Notes: a model not told the origin generated them from the sequence alone. Counted from the first letter of the stretch, positions 40,703-51,874 are shown. The stretch is 62,635 nucleotides of DNA from Trichomonas gallinae (GCA_008369845.1 MRSU01003813.1:1-62635); one strand, 5' to 3'. Made by a program: numbers and translations.

Positions 40703-41389
40703 TTACTCTGCTTTAGAGTTGGTAATTGTCTTGTTAACATCAAGTGTTATCAAATCAATTTGATTTTTGAGATCAGCGTATGCATCAATCAACTTCTTTG
40801 AGTATTCATTTGTAGCATTTCCGTATGTTCTGTAGCTATGCTTCATCCTTTGAATGCGGAAATGGTTAAATTTCTTCTTTTCTTCGATTAATTTTTTGAG
40901 GGATTCTGTCAACGTTTTAAGTGCATCTCTCGCTTGATTCTTGGATTTCTCGATGTTTATATTCCATGTTTCCTGCTTTGATGGATCTTTTGCGATGTCT
41001 GATGCCATTTTCTTTTTACTGGCTTCTAAATTATCAGTTGCTTTAGTAAAAGCCTTTTGAGCCTCTTTGTACTTGTCTGCTGTTCTAACAACAACGAGGA
41101 ATCTTTCCTGAATGTCGTGTAAATCTTCGATTGCTCTCTTTTGATCATCCAATAAGTCGATTTCTTCAGCAAGAGAATTATGGTAAGACTCTACTGCCTT
41201 ACTTAATAACTCTGAACATTCGCTTGCCTGTGATTCTGTCATTTTTTTGAATTGATCTATACATTTGTTTTCTAAAATCAAAATATTAGCTGTATTCTCA
41301 TTGAGTTGTCTTGTAGCAGTCACAATTGCCTTGAATTGTGGATTGACGACATCCTTCTGCTTATATTGATCAAGATTAATTTCCCACAT
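40703..41389 (-). CDS. All-helical protein, possible BAR/Vps5-like domain (228 aa)
   Basis: Three long amphipathic helices of BAR-domain size; the fold assignment is inference only. Confidence 0.7.
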   Translation of the reverse strand: MWEINLDQYKQKDVVNPQFKAIVTATRQLNENTANILILENKCIDQFKKMTESQASECSELLSKAVESYHNSLAEEIDLLDDQKRAIEDLHDIQERFLVVVRTADKYKEAQKAFTKATDNLEASKKKMASDIAKDPSKQETWNINIEKSKNQARDALKTLTESLKKLIEEKKKFNHFRIQRMKHSYRTYGNATNEYSKKLIDAYADLKNQIDLITLDVNKTITNSKAE

Positions 41390-41496
41390 TCAATATAATT
41401 AAATTATTTTCCGATAAATGCATCAATCGTGTCATAAAAGAGTCATATATTGTTTAATAAAAAATATTACGACATTTTATAAAATCTTTGACAAAA

Positions 41497-41552
41497 TTGA
41501 CATAAAATCTTGTAAAATGACAAATTGTCATAAAATCATGTAAAATGACAGA
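41497..41552. repeat. 28-bp tandem duplication TTG(A/T)CATAAAATC(T/A)TGTAAAATGACA; third copy at 41865-41892
   Basis: Read directly. Copies flank both ends of the divergent 41389/41893 intergenic region. Confidence 0.85.
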
Positions 41553-41892
41553 TGATCATCAATCATTAGCATAGTTGTCATTAATCAAAGGTTCGATTAC
41601 ATATAAGGCGATAGACTCGTAACATATAGTTTTACCCCATATTCAGAATATAAATAGTTGTGCACACAGTTATATTACGCATTGAAATGGGCCAAATTTC
41701 ACTGATAATTTTAGATTTAAGACGAATAACTTCACTGGTTAGGACTGAACTTACTTAGTAGGCAAACATGATAGTATACTATCCACCCTAATAGCATGAA
41801 AGAAACTAAAGCATTATTATTCGATTTTCTTGTAGAATATTCGATATTAGAATTTGCATTGATGTTGTCATAAATCTTTGTAAAATGACAAA

Positions 41893-42480
41893 ATGTTTTG
41901 TAAAATGTCAAAATCTAAAAAAGCAAGAATTTTTAAACGGATGAGTGACGAAGTTGATTGGTACGAAAAATGCAGACAAATGGAAGCGAACTTAAAGAAG
42001 CTGCAAAAGATAAGGATTGCTGGACCTGAAGCAGATGCAATTGTTATCGAAGAGCAAATCAAGAATTTCGAAGATAAACGTGTTGAAATTTTTACTGATA
42101 TTGAAAATCAATCTGAGCAGTTGGCAGAATTAATTAATAGACAAAAACAAATTCATCAGAGAATAAAAAGAAAACAAGACGACATAGCGAAAATTCAAAA
42201 ATTACTTTCAGTAGATCCGATTTTAAGAGAAATTGTTCAATACGAAAAGCTAAGAGCTAGAATGACTAGTCCATCTCAATACGTAATTAAAGTCGATATC
42301 GAATATCCAGATATCAACTTTGAGATTGAAAATAGAAAAGCACAAATCACATACACGCCAAAGTTTGGAATACCAAAAGATGCTCCATCAGAATTTAAAC
42401 GACAAAAAGTTATTTCACTCGACGATCTGCACAAAATATGTCGATATTTCAACGAATTCGGAAAATCAGCATCAATATGA
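41893..42480 (+). CDS. Coiled-coil protein with short C-terminal globular region; true start may be 41905 or 41941
   Basis: Heptad-rich N-terminal ~120 aa followed by a beta/alpha tail. Confidence 0.75.
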   Translation: MFCKMSKSKKARIFKRMSDEVDWYEKCRQMEANLKKLQKIRIAGPEADAIVIEEQIKNFEDKRVEIFTDIENQSEQLAELINRQKQIHQRIKRKQDDIAKIQKLLSVDPILREIVQYEKLRARMTSPSQYVIKVDIEYPDINFEIENRKAQITYTPKFGIPKDAPSEFKRQKVISLDDLHKICRYFNEFGKSASI

Positions 42481-43011
42481 TCCAATTACAAGCTGTTCTT
42501 TTATCTATTGTTTTTATTAAATATTTATTTGTATTTCAATTAAGCAAGTATCTAGAAAATGATTCTCCATCTCAAATAATAATATACTGAATCATGAATG
42601 GCTGATTTAGTCATTTTAAATATTTATTTGAAAATTTATCTTGATATAGACGGCATTTAAAGGAAAAAGCCGATGTGTTCGTAGATAATATGAGATTATA
42701 ACCAAATATAGTTAAAACAAAATAAAATATTTTTCAAGGAAAATATCAAGTAACTTGTTGATAATTTGAGCTAGTTATTATGAGACAAATATTAGGGTAA
42801 CACGTAAACAATCAGTTAATTGTAGTTTTAATATCAGATTAAAAAGGATTTTCGCTATAATGCGAAGATTATTATGCCGAGAAAAATATTGATTAACCTT
42901 ATGGAGATTTTACCCAAATTTTAAGTTATTTGAGAGTCACAAATCATATATAATCCATATCTATGGTTTTTAAACGAAAATAAAAAATCTTGTCTTCACA
43001 AAAAAAAAAAT

Positions 43012-43560
43012 ATGGGCCGTAAGCTAAAGTATCATGAACAAAAACTTTTAAAGAAAACCAACCTCTACCAGTGGAAAGGAGAGAATAACATCCGCTCTGG
43101 GCAGGTTGTGGGTATATATTGCCTTGACAATTCGGAAGAATATCATCAATATAACAGACTCGTTGGTAAAATTCAGCGTTTCACTAATACATTGAGACAA
43201 ATGGGTCCAGAAGATAGAGTTCGTATCGATTTAACAAAGCAATTTGTTGATCGCGTTTACAAACTTGGAATAATTGAAACACCACAACTTTCAGAATGCG
43301 AAAAAATTAATGTTGTTTCCATCTGCAAGAGAAGATTACCTGTTATCATGGTAAACTTAAAGTTTTGCCAAAGAATTAGCGAAGCTGACAAATTAGTTCG
43401 TCAAGGACATGTTCGTATCGGCCCAGATGTTGTAACAAATCCAGCCACATTAGTTACAAAAGAAATGGAAGATTACATTAATTGGGCCCATGGTTCTAAG
43501 ATCGAGGCCCACGTCAAGAAATTCAACAAAGAGTTTGATGACTTCGATAATCTTCAATAG
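43012..43560 (+). CDS. IMP3: U3 snoRNP / SSU processome protein Imp3 (S4 RNA-binding domain)
   Basis: MGRKLKYHEQKLLKK.N, YNRLVG, CKRRLPVIM, QGHVRIGPDVVTNPATLVTKEMED.I.W...SKI; 182 aa. Confidence 0.95.
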   Translation: MGRKLKYHEQKLLKKTNLYQWKGENNIRSGQVVGIYCLDNSEEYHQYNRLVGKIQRFTNTLRQMGPEDRVRIDLTKQFVDRVYKLGIIETPQLSECEKINVVSICKRRLPVIMVNLKFCQRISEADKLVRQGHVRIGPDVVTNPATLVTKEMEDYINWAHGSKIEAHVKKFNKEFDDFDNLQ

Positions 43561-44182
43561 AATGCTTATTTATACAAAATTTTATAGAGTAGAAATTTTT
43601 ATATTTGAATAAAATATTTTTCATTGTTTAAATTATTGGATATGATAGCATTATTACTAAAATTTTCATATTTACCTGATACATATTCATAGACTTTGTA
43701 TATTTCAAGTGATATTCAAATAAAATTTTATTTTGTTAAAATTCGTTCTTAAATTGAATAAAACATGGTGAAAGTATTTTCTCAATATAAAAGACATGTT
43801 AATGGATTGCAATAGTTATTTTCAATAGGATGTTTCAAATGTTGAACAAAACTCGATGCTTTGGTTTTTCTCAAAGTTTCATCTTGTTCTTCACCTGTAT
43901 CCAGTTTAGATTAACATATTTCTGCAACATAGATAAGTATACTTATTTTATTGCAGTTATTCTATAGATATATCCATGGAAGTTCAAAACCTGTATTGGT
44001 GCATCCAAATATATCTATTGCTTTATTTTTTTTTTTTCGATAAACTACATATTCACAAGAAGATAGAGCAAATATAACCTAGATATATATTTTTTGCCAT
44101 GTAAAGATAATTTTTGTCGTTTGCCATGTAAATAAAATTTTGGCAAAAATGTACTCAGATTGTGAACAAATCTAAAAAAAAA

Positions 44183-45340
44183 ATGTCTGGGCGTAGGCAC
44201 TTCACGGCTGATAAACTCGCGAAGCGCTACGTGAAGAAAGAAAAGAACATCGAAGATGAAAACGAATTTTCGTCAAGTGCAGAAGAAAGTGAAATAGAAA
44301 CAGATTTGAAATACAATCCTTCTTTAATAAGGCAAAATGAAATACCAGATATCGATGTATCCGAAAAGAAGCATACGTCATTCGAAGATCATGCAAATTT
44401 AAGCGGATCGGACGAATATGAAGAAGACATATACGATGAGGAAGAAGATGAGGAGCAATCTGCCAATTCAGCTGATGAATTGGTTGAAAGTGATGATAGT
44501 GATCATCTTCTTGACATGAAAGCAGGGGAAGTCGATGCTCTTGCTGATGAAATCGATAAAATCGATGATGAAAAGGAAGAAGCGGATATTGTCACAATGG
44601 TTAGCAAGCAGAGAGAGGAAGATCTTAAGATTGCTCATGGTGTTTCTGCTTTGCAAGAACAGAAGAAAAGAATTTTATCATTATTCCTCAAAATTCACCC
44701 GCTTATATCACTTATTAATCAATTACCACCTACTTCACTTGATAATGATGCAGAATTCTCACCATATTCAATTGCAGCACAAGATCCTGAAATTAAGAAT
44801 GCATTTATTGAAGCCTACAAAGCTGTCGAAAGGGTCCAAGAAGACTTTACTAAGCTCAAAAATACAATTTCTGGCTTTTATAAGTGGGAAGAAGATACAA
44901 AGCAAAATCAGATGTTAGATATCATCTCTCACTGGGGTCAAAAGCTTAGACAGGCAGCAGGAATTCGCAGTGGAACAGTTATTAATAGACCAATCGAACA
45001 ACAGATTACATCTGCTCTTCGTGATATGGAAACATTAACTCAGCCATCGAGAAGAGTGACAGAGAAGAGAGTCTTTGGTGTAGAAAGCATCCCAGAGTTC
45101 CTCCACTGCAACTATAACGATGATGATTTCTATGATAGATTATTGAGAGAAATTGTTTCAGAGAAGAATCCGGAAGTCTTAACCAGAGTCAAGAAGACGA
45201 ATCCAACGAAAGCTGGACTTAAATCAAAACAAATCTCTTATGAAGTTATTCCAGAACTTCAAAACTACATGGCACCAACAATGCAGCCTGTCCCAGATAG
45301 CATTGATGCCATGCTCAAGTCACTTATGGGTGGCAACTAA
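44183..45340 (+). CDS. BFR2: Bfr2/AATF (TRAUB-domain) ribosome biogenesis factor
   Basis: Acidic N-terminus; C-terminal YNDDDFYDRLLREIV...KSKQISYEVIPELQNYMAP...LKSLMG matches the TRAUB pattern; first ATG at 44183. Confidence 0.85.
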   Translation: MSGRRHFTADKLAKRYVKKEKNIEDENEFSSSAEESEIETDLKYNPSLIRQNEIPDIDVSEKKHTSFEDHANLSGSDEYEEDIYDEEEDEEQSANSADELVESDDSDHLLDMKAGEVDALADEIDKIDDEKEEADIVTMVSKQREEDLKIAHGVSALQEQKKRILSLFLKIHPLISLINQLPPTSLDNDAEFSPYSIAAQDPEIKNAFIEAYKAVERVQEDFTKLKNTISGFYKWEEDTKQNQMLDIISHWGQKLRQAAGIRSGTVINRPIEQQITSALRDMETLTQPSRRVTEKRVFGVESIPEFLHCNYNDDDFYDRLLREIVSEKNPEVLTRVKKTNPTKAGLKSKQISYEVIPELQNYMAPTMQPVPDSIDAMLKSLMGGN

Positions 45341-45587
45341 TAGAACTTATATGATTATAAAGGTTATTTATATTTAAATACAAAATATTTTCTTTACTAA
45401 CTATTAAACTGAATTATACATGTATTTTGGACACATTGCTTAAAAATTTGCAAAATCAAGATTCAAAAACTATGTTTAGATATAATAATACTATTTATTC
45501 GATAAACTATTTGATAGATGGACAGGAAATTAATCGAAAAATACATACAAAACATGAAGAAAAAATGTTAATTTTTTGTTATCAAAA

Positions 45588-46067
45588 TTATTTTGGCGAT
45601 CTTGAGAGAGTAAGTCTAGAAGAAGATGACTTCTGTGGTGACTGTGAAAATGAGCTGCTTAGATTTGGCTTTGAGTATTTTGCGTATAATTCGGATAATT
45701 CCTTCTTCAAGGTGAAGTTTTCTTGTGTGATAGTCTCTATTGTTTCTTTCGATGTTCTGTCTGCATTTTCGCGCTCTTCTTTCAGCTGTTTGATCATAGC
45801 TTTAATTTTGAGCAACTGCTGTTTGATATTTTCTGGATCAAATTCATTGAACTCGGCACTTAATGAGCTTTGACTCTGAGTATGATTTGCTTCTGCATTT
45901 TGTTGCTTCATTTGTACAAGTTTTTGTCTTAATTCTGAAATCTCCTTGGATTCTTCTGCAACAAGTAGTAGGAGTGACTCAACAACTTGCTTAAGGATAT
46001 ACTCGTTAGATGTCATCGAACTCTGGTCCCACTCGATTGCATCAAGTTGTGATTTTATATCTTCCAT
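45588..46067 (-). CDS. Small coiled-coil protein with Ser-rich tail (159 aa)
   Basis: ATG-initiated, heptad-rich, typical codon usage. Confidence 0.8.
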   Translation of the reverse strand: MEDIKSQLDAIEWDQSSMTSNEYILKQVVESLLLLVAEESKEISELRQKLVQMKQQNAEANHTQSQSSLSAEFNEFDPENIKQQLLKIKAMIKQLKEERENADRTSKETIETITQENFTLKKELSELYAKYSKPNLSSSFSQSPQKSSSSRLTLSRSPK

Positions 46068-46384
46068 ATTATTTAATTTTAAACGAGCACTTTTTGCATT
46101 TTGACACTTTACATGTCAGAAATATATAATATATAGTCATCATTAATTTAATAAGCTTTATTTAATATAGTACAATTCAATATTTTTGATTGAGATCGCC
46201 ATTTTCTTATTATACAATAGATGAATATTGTGCTGGTTAAAAATGAAATAATACGGCAAGTAATGATGAATATTGTGCTGATATGGGATTATATAGCTTT
46301 ATCATTGATAAATTATGTAGAAAATCTAATTTTTGACATGTAAATAATTCCTATTTAATTTACATTATAAAAGTGTCAAAAGAT

Positions 46385-46819
46385 ATGAGTAGAAAGGATC
46401 TAGGGCAAGACGGCGAGTTAGCGGATTACGATGGTTCAGAATGTGGTAGAATCACACCATTTTCTTGCTACGTTAGGGTTATGAACGGCTGTCCACCAAA
46501 TATGATTCCACGCGAAGATAGAAAAAAGCTCGTTGAAAATTGGAAAAAACTAAAAGATGCTTATCGTAAATACTATACAGAAATGGCAAATACAAAATGC
46601 GGAGGAAATTGGATCGATGAAGATACAAATGAATATTTTAATACTAAAAAAGGAAATAAACAAAAGACAAAAACTTATTCATACCAGCCATTGATTACCC
46701 AGCAAACCCCAGGCACCCAAGAAGATCCGATCTACAGTTTGGATGACTTAATTTCAAAAATTGAATCCTCGCAAATGCTTACTAGCAGGAAATCACCATT
46801 TGATATGGATAGGTGGTAA
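46385..46819 (+). CDS. Hypothetical protein (~144 aa)
   Basis: First ATG at 46385; coding-like composition between AT-rich flanks; no recognised domain. Confidence 0.7.
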   Translation: MSRKDLGQDGELADYDGSECGRITPFSCYVRVMNGCPPNMIPREDRKKLVENWKKLKDAYRKYYTEMANTKCGGNWIDEDTNEYFNTKKGNKQKTKTYSYQPLITQQTPGTQEDPIYSLDDLISKIESSQMLTSRKSPFDMDRW

Positions 46820-47535
46820 TATTTTTTTACTTCTTGTATGTTAATAAAATATCAAATTTCTATTTTGGATATCAAAAGTATTTTCATCAATGCCATTTGC
46901 ATATGAAATGGAATTTTCTATATTCTCATGTTAACATTTGCACATAATTGTAAAATTCAAAATTTGAAAAAAATATCATAGAGAAACTTAATGGACAAAC
47001 AATACAAACATTTTAATTTATTATAATATAAGCGGGAAAAACGAATAGAACTGCTTTAGGATTATCACTGAATGTGGACACTTATCGAGTGATTTTTATA
47101 AAGAAGTAAACCATCAAACAATAATGAAAAGTTTAATTTATTAAAATATAAGAAGTAAACTGAATAGATCTGCCTAAGATTTTTCTAGATTATTTATCAA
47201 GTGTTCCTTCCACCTCATTTTTTGATTTGAATCAAGATTATTAACTACATCAGTCTCCACTATCATTCTAAAACAGTGCCTTTGGAAACTGACATAGTTT
47301 AATATTATGTTATGAGATCTCAAAACAAGAACGCCATGAATCTTGACAAAAAGTAGATTCTGCATGAATGAAAGTAGTTTCACATTGATCTCTAAAATAA
47401 ACATCAAATATGATTGAATCAGATTCATCTAAACTAGAAATTCAATTTGGAAAATGCAACAAAATTCGAAAAGCGAGATATATGTAAGTAATAACAAAAA
47501 ATAATTTTGATGTCTAAAAAAATATTTTTTTGGGA

Positions 47536-50500
47536 ATGAGCAATGACCCGCTCATTTTCCTTCATAAAGCTCTGCAAGAGGACCAGCAAGTTTCACGACT
47601 TGTTGCTATTCGCAACAGTGATGGCAACTGCTTGTTCCTTGTGATGGCTCAAGGCAATTCTATGATAATTATAGATCCAAAAACATACAAAATTACAGAA
47701 AAATACCCATTTATGCTGCCAATTGTTGGGTTAGAGGCAATAGAAAATGATTCTCCCTCAGTTTTCGTGCTTTTGCGTAATTTAGATTGGTATATTTTCC
47801 AATTACCAGAACTTATTGCTGCAGGATCATTTAGAGTGCCGCATATGGTCAAAGATCGTAGATTCTTCCTCCCTGTTGACAATTACTCGGAATTAGGCTC
47901 AACTTGTCAAAATCCGATTTCAACAGCTGCAATTCATGTAATGGAAAGCAGAATTCCGATTGCTGTGCATCCACAATACATTGCAGTTCATATAATTCAC
48001 AACTTAATTCACGTAATTCCGATAAAACAACCAAATAATATCATTTTAATCAAAATTAATTTCCCAAATGTCGTAGATATTGCATTCATAGGTCCGGTTA
48101 ACTACAGCACACGTCTTGCAATACTTTGTGACCCAGAATTTAACAGAAAAGATTATGGCGATGAAAAAGCAACAAAGAAACGAGTTTTTGCAGTATACAG
48201 TTTACAAAGAGGTACAACAGAATTCAAACAAGAATTTATTCTCGATGTAAAACCAGATTCTCATACAATTCTTCCATTATCACCAGCGCGCGAATCATCA
48301 GCTGTCGTTTTTACTCTTGATGGTGTAATAAGGATTACTGCACCAGAAGGACTTACACAAACTGTAGAACATATTACATTATTCCTAGAAGGCCTTGTTT
48401 TGCTCTGCGAACACTACAGCGATGATATTTACTTCTTAGAGGATTCAAGTGGAGGTCTCTGCGTTGCACTTTTGCCACCAGACGGTCGACCATCTTCATT
48501 AAAATTATTATACACGGGACCAGCATCATCTGTTGTCACAATTGATAAAAACAGGTTTGCTGTCGCCAGCGCTTTCGGTGATTGCACTTTTTATTATGCA
48601 GAATTCGGTGACAATGTTCGTCAAATCGAAACTATCTCTACCATAGAAGCCACAGGTACTGTTCGCTCGCTTACAATTCTTCCTGGTGGCGATGTAAGGA
48701 TGCTTACAGGCCGTGGATGTGTCACACAGATGAAGACATTCCACATGTCAATAGAATGCGAGAGACAATGTTTGTTTGATGCACCGGGATGCATCGATTT
48801 GTTCTCTTGCCCATATTATGACAACGCTTTACTTTGTTTGTCGTTCTTGGAGAATTCCTTTATATGCGAAACAGATGGATCTAAGTTTACACCTGTCGAT
48901 AGATTTATTACTAATGAGCCAACGATTTTGTTCTCTGGATGTGGAAATGGTTTTGTTGCACAAGTTACACCATCTACTATGAACATATTCAAAAACGATA
49001 AAATAGTTTTGACAGAAAAATCCGAAGACGGTGAATTCGTCTGTGCTGCAGCTTGCGAGAACAGGGTCATCTGCTGCACATCAAGTAGCATTGCAAGAAT
49101 TTACGAGGCTTCAGGCCATAATTTCAAAAAAGTGAGAAAAATCCACGCGAATGGAAAAATTTTGTTTTCTAGTATATCTGACAATCACATTGCTTTACTG
49201 ACAGAATCACAGGACTTGATTATCTTCAACAAACAAGATAAGATGCCAATAACTTTGCATCCATTAGATATAGACAAAGAGGCACCAGTTAATTTAGTAA
49301 TAAGAGATGCTCAAGATAGCTTCGAAGTTTATGTTGGTACTTTTGATGGCCATTTAATTAAAATCACATTAGATGGAAAAGTATCAGAAAAGGTTGGTGA
49401 TTCACTAGTTAAGCTTGTTCCTTCTCAGAAAGGTATATATGGTGCAACATCTCCAGCTTTCCTTCTCTATGGAGGCATGATGACTTCCCTCGATTGCGGA
49501 GATTGCAATTGCATCGCTGTTTCCAAGGAATACGTTATCACACTGGATGGAGTCAGCTTGAGTGTCTTTAAGAGTAGCGGAGGAAGAAGAGGCTGCTCAA
49601 AGCTAGACTTCAAAGCTGTCGATGCAATTGACGCGAGGTTCTTTTCACCATCCAAATGCGTAATACTTGAAGACAATGTCGACAAAGCTACAGCAATAGC
49701 TAAAGAATGCCTGGCACTTTACAAAGATGGTCGTAAAGCATTGAGTCTGCCACCAGAAACAGGACGAGTCTCTCTTTTCGATCTCGTTGAACTTAACGGC
49801 AAGATGTTCATCATTCTCGGTTTAGACAACTGCAGTATGAAGTTATTCGATGACGCGTTAAACGAAGCATGTCAGCCACAGAGAGTCAAAGGAATCCCAA
49901 CAGCTGCCGCTGTTTGCAACGGTTTACTTTGCGTCGCTGAAGGCAAGCAAATATCAGTTTACTCCCCACAGTTCCTACACACAACAATCGAACTTGACCC
50001 TGTATCTCTGACGACAGGACACGTTTTAGCCACAACGATGCGTGCTCATGGTGATCTTTTGATTGTCGGCGATGCAGTTATGTCAGTGTCAGCTTACAGA
50101 GTCACAAACGAAGGAATACAAAAAGTCGGTGGCGACTCACAGGCTAAAGGAATATGCAGGCTCTGTCTCTACAAGAATTATGTGTTCGCTTCTACATACG
50201 ATTCATGCTTATACGCGTTTGAATTAACAGAGAGAGGTGATGTTAACGAAATCGGCGGAATACAAACAGATTCAGTTGTCTCAGCAATCGAATCAGATTC
50301 ACGAGGATTGATCTATGGAACAGATCATGGAGGAGTCTACAGGATAGATGAAGGAGGACCAAACTTCCTGCTCAGTCTCCGTGACATATTCAATGCCGAG
50401 AAGATCAACTTCAGCGCAAAGAGAGTCATCGAGAACGCTGTGAGATTTGATGTTCCAGATCCATTCGTTGACCTCGACAACATTGCAATTCTTGGCAGAT

Positions 50501-50583
50501 TGTCGCAAAACAAGTTCGAAGTTATGCTCGACAAAGCTGGATGCACGAAAGAACAATACTTTAACGCAATATCTGAAATTTAA
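47536..50583 (+). CDS. DDB1/CPSF160/SF3B3-family triple beta-propeller protein, most like DDB1
   Basis: ~1015 aa, beta-rich. HGDLLIVGDAVMSVSAY (cf. DDB1 GDFILVGDLMRSV), LIYGTDHGGV and FVDLD in the C-terminal region. Confidence 0.8.
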   Translation: MSNDPLIFLHKALQEDQQVSRLVAIRNSDGNCLFLVMAQGNSMIIIDPKTYKITEKYPFMLPIVGLEAIENDSPSVFVLLRNLDWYIFQLPELIAAGSFRVPHMVKDRRFFLPVDNYSELGSTCQNPISTAAIHVMESRIPIAVHPQYIAVHIIHNLIHVIPIKQPNNIILIKINFPNVVDIAFIGPVNYSTRLAILCDPEFNRKDYGDEKATKKRVFAVYSLQRGTTEFKQEFILDVKPDSHTILPLSPARESSAVVFTLDGVIRITAPEGLTQTVEHITLFLEGLVLLCEHYSDDIYFLEDSSGGLCVALLPPDGRPSSLKLLYTGPASSVVTIDKNRFAVASAFGDCTFYYAEFGDNVRQIETISTIEATGTVRSLTILPGGDVRMLTGRGCVTQMKTFHMSIECERQCLFDAPGCIDLFSCPYYDNALLCLSFLENSFICETDGSKFTPVDRFITNEPTILFSGCGNGFVAQVTPSTMNIFKNDKIVLTEKSEDGEFVCAAACENRVICCTSSSIARIYEASGHNFKKVRKIHANGKILFSSISDNHIALLTESQDLIIFNKQDKMPITLHPLDIDKEAPVNLVIRDAQDSFEVYVGTFDGHLIKITLDGKVSEKVGDSLVKLVPSQKGIYGATSPAFLLYGGMMTSLDCGDCNCIAVSKEYVITLDGVSLSVFKSSGGRRGCSKLDFKAVDAIDARFFSPSKCVILEDNVDKATAIAKECLALYKDGRKALSLPPETGRVSLFDLVELNGKMFIILGLDNCSMKLFDDALNEACQPQRVKGIPTAAAVCNGLLCVAEGKQISVYSPQFLHTTIELDPVSLTTGHVLATTMRAHGDLLIVGDAVMSVSAYRVTNEGIQKVGGDSQAKGICRLCLYKNYVFASTYDSCLYAFELTERGDVNEIGGIQTDSVVSAIESDSRGLIYGTDHGGVYRIDEGGPNFLLSLRDIFNAEKINFSAKRVIENAVRFDVPDPFVDLDNIAILGRLSQNKFEVMLDKAGCTKEQYFNAISEI

Positions 50584-50861
50584 TTTTCAATTGTTTATTT
50601 ATATATCAATAAATTGTTTATTTATCACATTCACCACCATTTTTGTCTAGCAAAAACTTTAATATGAATCATATTTTTGAAGTTATTTTGATATAAGATT
50701 ATTTTGGAATTTCATTCAATTTGTTTTAACATCAAAGTATACTTTTAAGATATCTTCGTAATAATGGTAGATTTAATTAATAATTCGATGATAGAATTAT
50801 TTTGAAAAATATTATTTTAAGTGTATTTACTAATTTTATTCCATATTTTACCAACACATAA

Positions 50862-51863
50862 TTATAACTCCATAGAGATGTCTTCCTTTGAAATTGATCT
50901 AAATTTCGCTGTTCCATCGATAACTCTATCAATGGCTGATTGAGCTTTATGGATATCTTCCTCTACAATGATTCCACCTTTCTTAGCGTTGTAAATAACA
51001 ACTGCTCCTTCTTTAATATTTTTGAATGGAAAATCTGATTTACCAATAAAGAAGTGGAACTTGGGATCTCTAAAGCGGTTACGTAATTCGTCGAGATCTG
51101 GGTCAATGAACTCATCATTGCGGAAAATGCAAGTTTTCGTATAATCGTAACAATATTCTGGGAATTCTGCATTGACATGGAAATCAGCACCAATAGGTGA
51201 TTTAGACTGTCTATCATTTAGGAATGCATTCGCTGTTTCATTTACGAATCTGAATTTTCTTGAGCCTTCATGCGGAATTGTTTTATCCCCATTATAAAAA
51301 ACAATCTGAGGAACAGTAGTTACGCCAAATTCTTCGTATAAGCCATCATCATGACAAATTCCAACTCGTATCTTTTTATTGTAAACGCGTGAGATTGCAG
51401 CCCAGTATCCTGGGATTCCCTTCTTACGTGTGAAAAGGATTGCTGTTGGTTTCGATCTGTAATCATCAATCCAGAAGTCATTAACTTCTTCAACGAGGGA
51501 AGAATTAACAATCATGAATGCTTCTTTCGCGATTCTGACTGGATTTGGCTGCTCCTGGTAGTTAATATCGTAAGTTCTGTTTTTAATCAAGATCGAAGGA
51601 AATGTTTCCAAATGAAGTTTTTCGCAAAGTCGTTGTTCTGCTTGACAGTTGATCTTTCCGTATGCTATTGATCCGTTTGTGAGTATTTTTGACTGCTCTA
51701 GAGCAACTTCGAATGATTTAAGTCCTTTCACGTACGGCTTGTAGACCAAGAAGCACCAAACTCTGTTATTTCCCTTCTTTTTGGGCGAAAATTCCTTGTT
51801 ATACATATCAGCAGTGAAATCTTTCAGTTTTGACTGCACATTCAAAATCAAAAAAGGTAACAT
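50862..51863 (-). CDS. ER-luminal multi-thioredoxin-fold (PDI-like) protein lacking CXXC
   Basis: Short signal peptide MLPFLILNVQS; YGKINCQAEQRLCEKLHLETFPSI and EEFGVTTVPQIVFY Trx-fold motifs; C-terminal SMEL (KDEL-like). Confidence 0.8.
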   Translation of the reverse strand: MLPFLILNVQSKLKDFTADMYNKEFSPKKKGNNRVWCFLVYKPYVKGLKSFEVALEQSKILTNGSIAYGKINCQAEQRLCEKLHLETFPSILIKNRTYDINYQEQPNPVRIAKEAFMIVNSSLVEEVNDFWIDDYRSKPTAILFTRKKGIPGYWAAISRVYNKKIRVGICHDDGLYEEFGVTTVPQIVFYNGDKTIPHEGSRKFRFVNETANAFLNDRQSKSPIGADFHVNAEFPEYCYDYTKTCIFRNDEFIDPDLDELRNRFRDPKFHFFIGKSDFPFKNIKEGAVVIYNAKKGGIIVEEDIHKAQSAIDRVIDGTAKFRSISKEDISMEL

Positions 51864-51874
51864 TTGGAAATTTA

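Noticed and set aside
41590..41600. GGTTCGATT resembling a tRNA T-loop / B box
   Set aside because: No cloverleaf stems or A box around it.
41735..41754. Minus-strand GTAAGT...CCTAACCAG mini-intron-like 20-mer
   Set aside because: The branch point to AG spacing does not fit the trichomonad consensus, and no credible host ORF results.
41893..42480. Spc24/Spc25-like kinetochore identity for the coiled-coil plus globular-tail protein
   Set aside because: Only the size and layout fit; no sequence motif is recognisable.
43780..44005. Coding-like minus-strand fragment (KLDTGEEQDETLRKTK...) between IMP3 and BFR2
   Set aside because: Short, with no start codon in frame and no recognisable homology.
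45427..45873. 148-aa plus-strand ORF
   Set aside because: TTG start; half AT-rich intergenic sequence and half antisense to the coiled-coil gene at 45588-46067.
46220..46281. 16-bp direct repeat gatgaatattgtgctg with C-box/D-box-like words
   Set aside because: ATGATGA and CTGA are only about 8 nt apart, too close for a C/D snoRNA; treated as a small local duplication.
47174..47428. 84-aa minus-strand ORF in a slightly coding-like intergenic patch
   Set aside because: No recognisable motif; it could be a gene remnant but cannot be supported.
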